Positions 1 through 9,070 of a stretch of DNA of 64,000 nt are shown here, piece after piece. This stretch comes from Clostridia bacterium (GTDB lineage: Bacteria; Bacillota; Clostridia; Christensenellales; UBA1242). Within the stretch, counting starts at the first letter, position 1. Every line of letters begins with the position of its first letter. The notes under the pieces were generated by a model that did no database searches, had not been told where the DNA came from, and was given only the letters and a program-made list of their open reading frames with translations. The position numbers were made by a program, and so were the translations under genes. The stretch is from positions 10,533 through 74,532 of the forward strand of contig JAZSJW010000010.1 of the NCBI GenBank assembly GCA_045534555.1, read 5' to 3'.

Positions 1-1
1 G

Positions 2-523
2 AAGAGATTTAAGGAACACATCATCTATAAAATTGAACACAACAACAAACAAGATGCACAAGAAATAAAAAAACAAGCTAAAGAATTACAAGAAGAAGCC
101 AAACAAATGCTTAATATTGATATGCTTTTCGAAGAAGAAAAGAAATTCTTAGAAAGACATAAAGACGACACTTTCGAATTCTTTGGTTACTTGTTTAATT
201 CTGAAAGAGAAACCCCATTCTTCGTCGCACCAGAAAAAGAACAAGCAGAAAATGTCCGTACAGCAGAAATGGTTACTCCTTTTTCACCTAAAACTCTAGA
301 ATTTTGCGTTTTAAGATTAAATGAAGAAGAAAAATTCATTAATGCTGAAGATGAAGAAAGTTTAAAATCTTTCGTCCAAAGATGTAATAAAATTGCATCT
401 CAATCAATTTATAAAACTGACAAATGGGAAAAAACAATTAATCTTTTAGTAGAGATACTTAAAAAGCATGCTGAAGAATATAGAAAAAAACACCCAGAAT
501 TATGCGAAAATGAAAAAGAATAA
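2..523 (+). CDS. hypothetical protein, 3' part (frame open to the window edge; first in-window ATG at 107)
   Basis: The frame of ORF 107..523 has no stop codon between nt 2 and 107, so the gene probably begins upstream of the window. It is Lys/Glu-rich with no recognisable motif and is followed by the hairpin terminator 533..560. Confidence 0.4.
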   Translation, partial: KRFKEHIIYKIEHNNKQDAQEIKKQAKELQEEAKQMLNIDMLFEEEKKFLERHKDDTFEFFGYLFNSERETPFFVAPEKEQAENVRTAEMVTPFSPKTLEFCVLRLNEEEKFINAEDEESLKSFVQRCNKIASQSIYKTDKWEKTINLLVEILKKHAEEYRKKHPELCENEKE

Positions 524-532
524 AATAAAAAA

Positions 533-560
533 CTCTTGATAATTTCTCAAGAGTTTTTTT
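533..560. terminator. bidirectional intrinsic terminator between convergent genes
   Basis: Stem CTCTTGA (533-539) / TCAAGAG (547-553), flanked by an A-run upstream and a T-run downstream. Confidence 0.6.
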
Positions 561-561
561 A

Positions 562-1371
562 TTATTCACAATAAATTGTATCACCAACTAGATAAAAGTA
601 TACTTTCTTTGGCGCACCACCAACATTATCAAAAGTTGCATATCTGTTAAAGCTTTCTTTGAAACAGTTTTGTGGTAACAACAAGATTGGGTTTTCTTTA
701 TCATCAGTATATAAATAGAAAAAACCATTATCAAACTTTATTTTCGCTGCTCTACTATCATATATATTAAGAGAATTGTTGAAATTATACTCTACATTTT
801 CTTCAATTTCTTTACATGTCACTTTATAAGGAATTGATACTTCAACAGCTCCATATGTAACTTCCATAAATCTAATTGTGTCTGAAAGAGAATAGTCGAT
901 TTGAGAATGTTTTGTATTTGAAACTTTCACTTTTTCTTCACGACCATTATTATATAAAACAACAATTTCTATCTTTGTTAAATCTGCTTTTACTCCTTTA
1001 TGAAATGTTAATGTATCTCCTTTATATGTTGCACTAACTTCATGAACAACATTTACAACATAAGTTACAGATAAACTTTTCTCTTTATACAAAAGATTTA
1101 ACGTTTGTTCTCCCGCAGTTCTTGTGTCTAAAAATCTAACACTTACGTCTGATAATTTTACAGTTTCTGTTTCATCTGAAGAATATTTTACTTCTACAGT
1201 ATATTCCATAAGGTCTACAACATCATTAACATAAAATGTATCCAAATAAAATTGGTCACAAACAGTTAAGGATACAACATTAACGTCTGGATCTTTTGGT
1301 TTCTTATCATCTTTACAACCCACTAATAAACAACTAATTACTGCAACTACGCAAACTATTAACTTTTTCAT
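562..1371 (-). CDS. putative lipoprotein, function unknown
   Basis: N-terminus MKKLIVCVVAVISCLLVGC is a signal peptide plus lipobox (LVGC). The rest is beta-rich with no recognisable catalytic motif. Confidence 0.6.
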   Translation of the reverse strand: MKKLIVCVVAVISCLLVGCKDDKKPKDPDVNVVSLTVCDQFYLDTFYVNDVVDLMEYTVEVKYSSDETETVKLSDVSVRFLDTRTAGEQTLNLLYKEKSLSVTYVVNVVHEVSATYKGDTLTFHKGVKADLTKIEIVVLYNNGREEKVKVSNTKHSQIDYSLSDTIRFMEVTYGAVEVSIPYKVTCKEIEENVEYNFNNSLNIYDSRAAKIKFDNGFFYLYTDDKENPILLLPQNCFKESFNRYATFDNVGGAPKKVYFYLVGDTIYCE

Positions 1372-1440
1372 CTTAATCTCACATAATTATTTTTTAATAA
1401 TTATATAAAATTCGACCTTTTTAGTCAATATTTTTACACA

Positions 1441-2724
1441 TTAATATTGTCTATGTAAATACTTCTTTGCCTTCTCGCCCCCAACATCTCCGAAAAATTC
1501 TTGATACACCTTTTGTACTGCTGGATTTGTATGAGCCTTTCTTTGTGATAAATTTTTATCAATATTATATAATCCTTTAGCTCTACTTTTTAAAGCTTGC
1601 TCTCTTGGTTTATTGATATTTGTTGGTTGCCCAGGTCCACCAATACACCCACCATCACATGCCATAACTTCAATAAAATCATACTTTTTAGGGTCTTGCT
1701 TTAATTCCTCTAAAATTATATTTACATGTTGCAAGCCAGTAACAACAGCAGTTTTTAAAACCTTGTTTTTCATTTTTATTTCTGCCCTTCTTATTCCATC
1801 TAAGCCTCTCACCATTTTATATTCTAAAGTTTTTCTATTTTCTTCATCAAAATGGTCGCCAGCACTTCTCAAAACTGCTTCCAAAACCCCTCCGGTGTTG
1901 CCGAAAATAGCACCTGCTCCACTGCATAAACCAAAAAAGCTATCAAACTCTTGCTCTTCCAATTCCTTGAAATCAATTTTATTTTCTTTTATTAAATTAG
2001 CAAGCTCTTTAGTTGTTATTGCTAAATCAACATCATATCCAACATTTGTATTAAGTTTCGTTTGTTTTAATTCTAATTTCTTTGCATAACAAGGAACAAT
2101 GGAAACCACAAATATATCTGTAGATTTTAATCCTTGTTTTTCAACATAATAATTATTAATAATTGAACCAAACATTTGCTGTGGGCTTTTACATGTCGAT
2201 AAGTTTTTTTTGAACTCTGGACACACCTTTTCACAATAACTTACCCACCCCGGACAACAACTTGTAAACATTGGTAAGTTTGTATTTGTTTCTAATCTAT
2301 TTTTAAGCTCAAATGCCTCTTCTGTGATTGTAAAATCCGCAGCTAAGTTCATGTCAAAAACTTTATCTGCTCCTAGTTTTTTTAATGCGGAAATCATTTT
2401 ACCTTGAACATTCTCACCAAGCTTAAATCCAAATTCATCACCAAGACCAACTCTTACAGATGGGGCGGTAAAACAAATTACCTTTAGACTTTTATTTTTT
2501 AATGCACTATTAAACAATTGTATATCTTTTTCAAAATCGTTTTCAAAATTCTCAATATTTAATATTTGCCCACAATTTTGACAAACAGAACTGGTCCCTT
2601 TACAACCATTTAAAGTAAAACAATCATAATTGCATTGTTTTAATTTTTCATTCTTTTCTTGAATTACATGCAAACAACTATCACAATAATTGTGTATGCA
2701 CGAAAAATCTCTTTTTTTCATCAT
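1441..2724 (-). CDS. [FeFe]-hydrogenase catalytic (H-cluster) domain protein
   Basis: All three H-cluster signatures are present: FTSCCPGWV (L1), VPCYAKKLE (L2), MACDGGCIGGPGQP (L3). The Cys-rich N-terminus is not a canonical 2x[4Fe-4S] ferredoxin motif. Confidence 0.75.
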   Translation of the reverse strand: MMKKRDFSCIHNYCDSCLHVIQEKNEKLKQCNYDCFTLNGCKGTSSVCQNCGQILNIENFENDFEKDIQLFNSALKNKSLKVICFTAPSVRVGLGDEFGFKLGENVQGKMISALKKLGADKVFDMNLAADFTITEEAFELKNRLETNTNLPMFTSCCPGWVSYCEKVCPEFKKNLSTCKSPQQMFGSIINNYYVEKQGLKSTDIFVVSIVPCYAKKLELKQTKLNTNVGYDVDLAITTKELANLIKENKIDFKELEEQEFDSFFGLCSGAGAIFGNTGGVLEAVLRSAGDHFDEENRKTLEYKMVRGLDGIRRAEIKMKNKVLKTAVVTGLQHVNIILEELKQDPKKYDFIEVMACDGGCIGGPGQPTNINKPREQALKSRAKGLYNIDKNLSQRKAHTNPAVQKVYQEFFGDVGGEKAKKYLHRQY

Positions 2725-2992
2725 TTTTTTCCTTCTTTAATAATATACTTTCATTGTATAGAAATTAAATCGCAATCGTCAACTATCCTTTACCTTTTAC
2801 TAATTTTTTGTTGATTTTTTATTGATTTTTTATATTATCACTAATTTTGCCCTAAAAAATGCAATTTTACTAATAATTTATTAAATAAATTATAAAAATT
2901 TAATAGATTTTTTAAAAAGTTAATGTTAATATAAATATATATGTAAGATTTTTATTAGTTTGTATATATAAATTTATTTGAGGTAGAACGCA

Positions 2993-4336
2993 ATGAAAAG
3001 AGAACGCTTTATAACATTCTTGCAAGATAATATTCTCTCTTTATTCACAGGCTCAGAAATTGTCGGCGAAGAAGAGTCCGGCCCTAGAGATGCCTGTGTA
3101 GCACAGGGTGCAGGCGGCACAATTTTGGTCAAATTCAACCGTGCTGACGAAAAAAGATTTGTAATTAAACGCGTTCAACCTTTTAAAAGTTTTGAAGTTT
3201 CTCTCGTTAAATCAATTTTAGAAGAAATGAAAGATATTTTTAAGGCAAAGCTCTCAAATGAATTTATTAAAGGCCTTGAAAGTCAAGTAACTCAAAAAGC
3301 AATTTGTAAGGCATTAACTAAAAGTGCTAGTTCTACATTAAACGATCTTTTAAATACTGTTTCTTCTTGGGGTTTAAGAACTTATGAAGGAAGAAAAGCA
3401 AAATTCGGATTTATTATAACAAGTAAAAAAACACCAAAAAATACAAACCCTAATTTGCACATTTCACACATACTTAAAAAAGATTATAGTGCTTTGTTAT
3501 CTGATGGTATAAATACCTGTTTAATGATTTCCGCAGATGGAAATCTTTTAAGCTATGAACCTTTACCGAAAACAGCAAAAGAAAATGTTTTAGCGCCATA
3601 TGAATATCTTGATATTGCAAACCTTTGTACTGGAGCAAAAATTGGTGTTTGTTTAATCCAAGAGGGTGACCTTCTTATATTTAAAGATAAGCAACTTTTG
3701 TTTGCTAAGAGAAATGGTGCATGGGTGTGCTTTAGCCATGAAGAAATAATTGGCAAGCTTGCAGAACGTTCTGGAGAAGTTGAAGAAGTGAGAAAAGCTC
3801 TTTACCTTTCTGCTCTGGATACTTCATTTGCCCGTGACGGAGGTTGTATTGTCCACGTCAATCAAGGCGATAAATATAATATTTTAAAACATATAGACTG
3901 TGCAGACCTACTATTTAAAGATTGTTATGAATACAAACAACAAGAAGCTATCAACCACTCTTTCTTCTTTGACCACGACAATGCTATGAAAGACATTCCT
4001 AGCTTTGAAGAATTTTTAACTGAAGATAAATGCAATAAATCCGCAAACCTAATAAGAATTATTAATGGAAGAAAATTCCAAGAGCTTAATCGTAAACTTC
4101 GCCAAGAATTAATAGGAATTGACGGAGCAACAATTATTGACCATGAAGGAAATATTTTAGCAGTTGGTGCAATTATTAAAATTGAAGCTGGTAGTGTTGG
4201 TGGTGGTCGTTTAGCGGCAGCTAAAACCTTATCAAACTACGGTATTTCAATGAAAATTTCTGCTGACGGAAGAATTGAAGGTTTTAGAATGGATAGAAAT
4301 AAACTTCGTGTTAAACCCCTATTTGTTATTGGTTAA
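2993..4336 (+). CDS. hypothetical protein with C-terminal DisA_N/diadenylate-cyclase (DAC)-like module
   Basis: The C-terminal LIGIDGATIIDHEGNILAVGAII...GGGRLAAAKTLS resembles the DAC pattern DGA(x)n..GTRHRAA. The DGA motif is kept, but RHR is replaced by GRL. An earlier segment, LSDGINTCLMISADGNLL, looks like a second degenerate copy. Confidence 0.4.
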   Translation: MKRERFITFLQDNILSLFTGSEIVGEEESGPRDACVAQGAGGTILVKFNRADEKRFVIKRVQPFKSFEVSLVKSILEEMKDIFKAKLSNEFIKGLESQVTQKAICKALTKSASSTLNDLLNTVSSWGLRTYEGRKAKFGFIITSKKTPKNTNPNLHISHILKKDYSALLSDGINTCLMISADGNLLSYEPLPKTAKENVLAPYEYLDIANLCTGAKIGVCLIQEGDLLIFKDKQLLFAKRNGAWVCFSHEEIIGKLAERSGEVEEVRKALYLSALDTSFARDGGCIVHVNQGDKYNILKHIDCADLLFKDCYEYKQQEAINHSFFFDHDNAMKDIPSFEEFLTEDKCNKSANLIRIINGRKFQELNRKLRQELIGIDGATIIDHEGNILAVGAIIKIEAGSVGGGRLAAAKTLSNYGISMKISADGRIEGFRMDRNKLRVKPLFVIG

Positions 4337-4353
4337 AATTCTAAATACAAAAA

Positions 4354-4381
4354 ATCTAACGACAATTCGTTAGATTTTTTA
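4354..4381. terminator. bidirectional intrinsic terminator
   Basis: Stem ATCTAACG (4354-4361) / CGTTAGAT (4368-4375) with an A-run before and a T-run after. It lies between convergent genes. Confidence 0.65.
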
Positions 4382-4969
4382 TTTGATTTGTTCTTCAGTT
4401 GTTTGCTTATTCTTTTCCACTATATTACTAATAAATTCATTTATTTCTTTATTTTCAAATTCTTTAACATCTTCTCTATTCCATGTTTTTACAAACTTAA
4501 AATAATCATCGTTTTTTATAAATTCACAACCTAAATGCGAATAAATATCAATTAACGCCATTTGTTCTTTATCATATGAAGTTCCTTCATTATTAGAAAC
4601 TCCCTTAATTGAACTTGTTGGCGAAGCATAACCATACAAACTATTTGCACCCATTTTATTTCCGTGTGCAATAGCAATTTTGAAAAGAAGCCCGCCAATA
4701 CCATTTTGCTGAAATTCTTCCTCTACTAAGAAATCTGAAATATACATGTTCCTATCTTGTATAGAATAACCAAGCTTTGCAATTTCTTGTATACCATGAT
4801 CGGCTTCATAAACTTGAAGTTCATGTCTAGCCTTTCTCAAATATACAAATAGTAAGGGTTTCCTTAACTTATCATTATAAATTTCTAACGTTATTAAATC
4901 TTTTAAAAAATAGCTAATATACTTTTTTGTTTTTTCTAACTCTTCGTTTCTTTCCATATAATAACCCAT
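4379..4969 (-). CDS. GNAT-family N-acetyltransferase
   Basis: Acetyl-CoA motif A: QQNGIGGLLFKIAIAHGNKMGA. The ORF-track start (5029) runs into the tRNA gene, so the start is trimmed to ATG 4969 (alternative 4957). Confidence 0.6.
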   Translation of the reverse strand: MGYYMERNEELEKTKKYISYFLKDLITLEIYNDKLRKPLLFVYLRKARHELQVYEADHGIQEIAKLGYSIQDRNMYISDFLVEEEFQQNGIGGLLFKIAIAHGNKMGANSLYGYASPTSSIKGVSNNEGTSYDKEQMALIDIYSHLGCEFIKNDDYFKFVKTWNREDVKEFENKEINEFISNIVEKNKQTTEEQIK

Positions 4970-4977
4970 TATTTTTT

Positions 4978-5054
4978 TGGTGCTCCCGGAGGGACTCGAA
5001 CCCCCAACCGACTGGTTCGAAGCCAGCAACTCTATCCAATTGAGCTACGGAAGC
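4978..5054 (-). tRNA. tRNA-Arg (anticodon UCG), CCA encoded
   Basis: Reverse complement is GCTTCCGTAGCTCAATTGGATAGAGTTGCTGGCTTCGAACCAGTCGGTTGGGGGTTCGAGTCCCTCCGGGAGCACCA. It folds as a cloverleaf with a 7-bp acceptor stem, anticodon loop CTTCGAA and T-loop TTCGAGT. Confidence 0.85.
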
Positions 5055-5183
5055 ATAATTTCTTAGTTTATTATAAAATAAAATTTATCTTTTCGCAATG
5101 CTTTTATTTAGATTTTTTTTGCTACGTTATTTTACATTTTGTCTTGTTTTATGATATTATATTAGTATAAGGAGAAAACAACA

Positions 5184-5576
5184 ATGAATAAAACAATTAT
5201 TGCTTTAACCGAATTAATCGAACATTCCGCAGAAGCAAACAAGCTATTAGTCTCTAATGCCATCGAAATGGAAAATGGAGACCTTGCAAAAGCACAAAAA
5301 TATATGAAAGAAGCTTCATCTTTATTGTCTGTTATGATTAAAGACATTTTTGTTGAAGTTAAGGAACTTATACTATCTTCTGATGACGAAGAAGATTATG
5401 ATTTCTCAACTTTAGATATTGCTAAACTTTTAGCTGGTGTTGTTTACAATGCCTCTTGCTTAATTAGTTGTTTATTAAACAATGATTCTGAAATTGTAAA
5501 AGAAAATGTTCAAAAGAAACTAGTAAAAAATATAAATGCTGTCGTTTCTTTAACTGAAGCAATTCTTTTAAATTAA
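5184..5576 (+). CDS. hypothetical small helical protein
   Basis: 130-aa ORF preceded by AAGGAG. No diagnostic motif. Confidence 0.45.
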   Translation: MNKTIIALTELIEHSAEANKLLVSNAIEMENGDLAKAQKYMKEASSLLSVMIKDIFVEVKELILSSDDEEDYDFSTLDIAKLLAGVVYNASCLISCLLNNDSEIVKENVQKKLVKNINAVVSLTEAILLN

Positions 5577-5661
5577 ATAGCTAACAAATATCCAAATTTA
5601 TCGACATTATCTCATTTCATTTTATTTGCAATAAAAAATTATATGTGCTAAAATTATTCTT

Positions 5662-6435
5662 ATGAATAAAAGAGAATTAAGAAAATTTGAAAGAGAGATC
5701 GAAAACAAGCCAAATGAAATACCTACCCAACCTAGTGTTATTGAAATTGTAACCAATTCGTCAATTTTTAAATACTTTCTAGGCGGAATGGTGATATTTG
5801 GTGTTTGTTTTATTGTTTGTCTATTCGTATTTAATATTTTACTCACCCAAATTGGTGTTGTTGGATATTCAATGCAACCAACAATCAATGCCTCAGCCTT
5901 AGGTAATGACGGCGAGATTAATACAGATACCGTCTACTATATAAAATCAGACAAAATAGAAAATAAAGATATTGTTATAATTAACGGTGGAAAAACTGAC
6001 AGCGGTGATAAACTCATAAAAAGAGTTGTTGCTACTCCAGGTCAAACAATAACAATAAAAAATGTTAGAGAAATTGTTGATGCTAATATACATATTTTTA
6101 TTGAAATTTATGTTGATGGTGTTAAGCTAAACGAAGATTATATTAAAGATGAAAAAATGACACTAAAATACACTATACTCGAATCTAAAAATTATCAATA
6201 CTATAATCATCTAGTTCAAGCATTAAGAACAAATAGAGAATTTTCTCATACTATGAATGAGAATGAATATTTTGTTATGGGTGACAATAGAAACAATTCA
6301 ACAGACAGTCGATATTTTGGTCCAATAACCAGTGATTATATATTAGGAAAGGTTGTTCTTCAAATAAAACCGGGGCAAAATTTATTTAATGCCATTTGGA
6401 ATAGATTATTTGGTGTAAAACAACTTTACTGTTAA
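5662..6435 (+). CDS. lepB: signal peptidase I (S26 family)
   Basis: N-terminal TM helix, catalytic Ser box GYSMQPTI, Lys box IKRVVATPGQTI, and box E GDNRNNSTDSRYFGPI. Confidence 0.85.
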   Translation: MNKRELRKFEREIENKPNEIPTQPSVIEIVTNSSIFKYFLGGMVIFGVCFIVCLFVFNILLTQIGVVGYSMQPTINASALGNDGEINTDTVYYIKSDKIENKDIVIINGGKTDSGDKLIKRVVATPGQTITIKNVREIVDANIHIFIEIYVDGVKLNEDYIKDEKMTLKYTILESKNYQYYNHLVQALRTNREFSHTMNENEYFVMGDNRNNSTDSRYFGPITSDYILGKVVLQIKPGQNLFNAIWNRLFGVKQLYC

Positions 6436-6450
6436 ACATAGGAGGAAAAT

Positions 6451-7314
6451 ATGAAAATTCTTATCACTTCTGACAGCTCGTGTGATTTAAGCAAAGAGTT
6501 ATTATCTGAATACAATATAAATACTCTTCCATTATACGTAAACCTTAATGGAGAAGAGTTTAGAGATGGCGTAAATATATCCCCTGAGCAAATTTTTGAA
6601 TTTGTGAAACTAAATAAAAAACTTCCAAAAACTTCTGCTCTTAGTGTTGCAGATTATACGTTGTTTTTTGAAAACATTTTAAAAGAAAATGATAGTGCTG
6701 ATATTATTCATATTGGCTTATCAAGCGGATTATCTACAAGCTATAACAATGCTGTCGCTGCATCAAAAGAGTTTGACGGCAAAGTTACTATTATTGATGG
6801 CAAAAACTTATCTACAGGTACTGGACTTTTAGTTCTATATGCAGCAAAACTTGCAAAAGATGGATATAGTAAACAAACAATAATTGAAAACGTTAACAAA
6901 AGAGTTCCTTTTGTTCAAGCATCATTTATTATTCCTGAAACTGAATATCTATATCGTGGAGGCAGATGTTCTGCAATTGCCATGCTTGGAGCGAATTTAT
7001 TGAAAATTAAACCAAGAATTCAAGTTATCGATGGAAAAATGAAACCAAATGGAAAACCTAGAGGTAAAATGGTTCCTGTTTTAAAACAATATATTGATGA
7101 TGTTTTAGCAGAATACAACAACCCAGACCCAGAAATTTGTTTTGTTACCCATTCTACTATCGAGCCAGAGGTTGCTGAAGAAATTAAACAATATGTAGAA
7201 GATAAAAAAATATTCAAACAAGTTGTTGTTACTGTAGCAAGCTCAACAATTACTAGCCATTGTGGAAAAGGTACACTTGGAATACTATACATTAACGACG
7301 GAGGAAAGGCTTAA
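6451..7314 (+). CDS. DegV-family fatty-acid-binding protein
   Basis: N-terminus MKILITSDSSCDL, typical ~285-aa length and the C-terminal ITSHCGKGTLGI pattern of DegV proteins. Confidence 0.8.
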   Translation: MKILITSDSSCDLSKELLSEYNINTLPLYVNLNGEEFRDGVNISPEQIFEFVKLNKKLPKTSALSVADYTLFFENILKENDSADIIHIGLSSGLSTSYNNAVAASKEFDGKVTIIDGKNLSTGTGLLVLYAAKLAKDGYSKQTIIENVNKRVPFVQASFIIPETEYLYRGGRCSAIAMLGANLLKIKPRIQVIDGKMKPNGKPRGKMVPVLKQYIDDVLAEYNNPDPEICFVTHSTIEPEVAEEIKQYVEDKKIFKQVVVTVASSTITSHCGKGTLGILYINDGGKA

Positions 7315-7327
7315 ACCTTAAATAATT

Positions 7328-7903
7328 ATGAAAAAGTTTATACTAGCATTATTAATTTGCATTTTATGTTTACCAACAGCTTTGCTTTATGGCTGTAACA
7401 ACACAACAAATTCAGGAATTGATTTATCTGTTTACTTTGAAAATGATGTAAAATATAAAGTTTATGACAAAACTGGAACAACTACTGCAACACTTAAAGA
7501 TTTCACTCACAATAATCATAATGACCAAGTTCAATACACAAACATTACATTCACTGGCAAACCGGCTTGGCTTTATAAAATGACATTAGAGAAAGTTACT
7601 TTTGATGTTTACGGAAATGTTGATGTTGACGATTTACAAATCACAATCACTATTACAAACTTAGTAAAAGGTGATAATTCAATTACAACTTCTAACACAT
7701 TAACAAAAGAAATTCCTGTTAATGTTACTAAGAACAAAGCAGTAAAAGTTTCACTTGATGTAAACGATGTGTTTAATTCTATTTCAGCCTCAACAACAAT
7801 TAAAATTGACATTGACCCATCTTATTATAAAGGCGATAACAAAGACTTAGGCTTTAAGCTAGATATTATGAATTTTAAAGTTTATGGAGAACATAAGAAA
7901 TGA
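7328..7903 (+). CDS. putative lipoprotein, function unknown
   Basis: Signal peptide plus lipobox: MKKFILALLICILCLPTALLYGC. Thr/Asn-rich mature part. Confidence 0.6.
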   Translation: MKKFILALLICILCLPTALLYGCNNTTNSGIDLSVYFENDVKYKVYDKTGTTTATLKDFTHNNHNDQVQYTNITFTGKPAWLYKMTLEKVTFDVYGNVDVDDLQITITITNLVKGDNSITTSNTLTKEIPVNVTKNKAVKVSLDVNDVFNSISASTTIKIDIDPSYYKGDNKDLGFKLDIMNFKVYGEHKK

Positions 7904-7910
7904 AATAAAA

Positions 7911-7938
7911 AAGGATAATTAATTTTATCCTTTTTTTA
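7911..7938 (+). terminator. intrinsic terminator
   Basis: Stem AAGGATAA (7911-7918) / TTATCCTT (7925-7932) followed by a T-run. Confidence 0.6.
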
Positions 7939-7993
7939 TTTGCTATTGAAAATCATATTCTTTTATGCTATATTGATTTTACGGAGGCTTATT

Positions 7994-8968
7994 ATGCAAA
8001 AAGGTTATTTAAGTAAAAAACAAGCATTAACAGCTGGTGTAGTTCTATTAAACTCATTAAATTTAAAAGTCAAAGCCAAAAAAGAAGATGATAACACATT
8101 CCCAATTATGTGTGGCGAAAATCAAGTTGGTGAAATATCAATAAATCAAAACCATGTGTCTATTCTCGCTAAAAATGAAGATTTTGAAATTTCTGCAAAC
8201 TATAAAGTCCCTTATGCTAACGGATTAGAAGATTATGAAAGCGGGCTATCTGGTGTTGTTTTAGCCACTTGGAACTCTAATATTGATGTATTTTTTCACA
8301 CTAAAAATGATGTTTATGTTGCTGGTGAAATAAGTATTATGTGTTCAGCAGATAGGCAACTTGGAAAAGGCTCAAGAGCAAACGCAGAGCTTTCTTGTGA
8401 AACACCAAATCTTGGAAAATTTAATTTAAGAATGTATCGCCAAGGCTATAATTTTTTATACACTAACGAAAAGCCTTACAAAGATGAAACAATAACTATG
8501 CAGCTTTGCAGTGAATATATTTGCCATAGAATTAAAGATTTATCCACATCAGAAATAATTGACAAATATTATAGCGTTTCAAGAAATAGAGATAACTCAG
8601 TTCATAAATTTTATAGAATACAAAAATCTTCAGTTGAAGAAGACTGTTATAGTGAAAACAGACCTTCTACTTCAGATAAAGATTCTTTAGAATACGTTTG
8701 CGAATTGGGAGCTTGTGCAAAAGAAGTCGCACCTAAAATGTTTGAAAGAATATCTCAAATAAGAAATGAATTAGTAATTAACAATTCAAAACTTTTAGAT
8801 GTTTTAGCAAATACTTGCATGCGAAATGAGAAATTAATTAAATCACTTCTAGGTTTCACTCCTGAGCAAATTAAATACCAAAATGGCGCAACAAACTTAA
8901 CTGACGGATATTTTGGTTTATCTAACTCATTATTTCTACCTGAAAATTCTGAGCAAAGTTTAAAATAA
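7994..8968 (+). CDS. hypothetical protein
   Basis: The ORF-track start (TTG 7940) lies inside the upstream terminator. ATG 7994 is preceded by GGAGG at good spacing. No recognisable motif. Confidence 0.5.
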   Translation: MQKGYLSKKQALTAGVVLLNSLNLKVKAKKEDDNTFPIMCGENQVGEISINQNHVSILAKNEDFEISANYKVPYANGLEDYESGLSGVVLATWNSNIDVFFHTKNDVYVAGEISIMCSADRQLGKGSRANAELSCETPNLGKFNLRMYRQGYNFLYTNEKPYKDETITMQLCSEYICHRIKDLSTSEIIDKYYSVSRNRDNSVHKFYRIQKSSVEEDCYSENRPSTSDKDSLEYVCELGACAKEVAPKMFERISQIRNELVINNSKLLDVLANTCMRNEKLIKSLLGFTPEQIKYQNGATNLTDGYFGLSNSLFLPENSEQSLK

Positions 8969-9040
8969 ATCAACAAAAAAGTGCAAAAATGTATAATTTT
9001 TATTATAACTAACATAAAATAAACAAATAAACATTAAAAA

Positions 9041-9070
9041 ACCACTACTTTTTGTAGTGGTTTTTATTTT
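9041..9070. terminator. bidirectional intrinsic terminator
   Basis: Stem ACCACTAC (9041-9048) / GTAGTGGT (9054-9061) with flanking A- and T-runs, between convergent genes. Confidence 0.6.

Noticed and set aside
2811-2832. Tandem 11-bp repeat TTGATTTTTTA x2 in the AT-rich spacer upstream of the DAC-like gene.
   Set aside because: There are only two copies of a low-complexity A/T motif. It may contribute to DNA bending but is not distinguishable from chance in this composition.
4970-5029. N-terminal extension of the GNAT ORF in the ORF track (MLASNQSVGGSSPSGSTKKI...).
   Set aside because: This part is simply the reverse-strand reading of the tRNA-Arg gene, so the CDS was trimmed to ATG 4969.
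5184-5576. Faint resemblance of the 130-aa helical protein to PTS EIIA (lactose/cellobiose family).
   Set aside because: The conserved phosphorylatable His region is not evident and no PTS genes are nearby, so it is kept as hypothetical.
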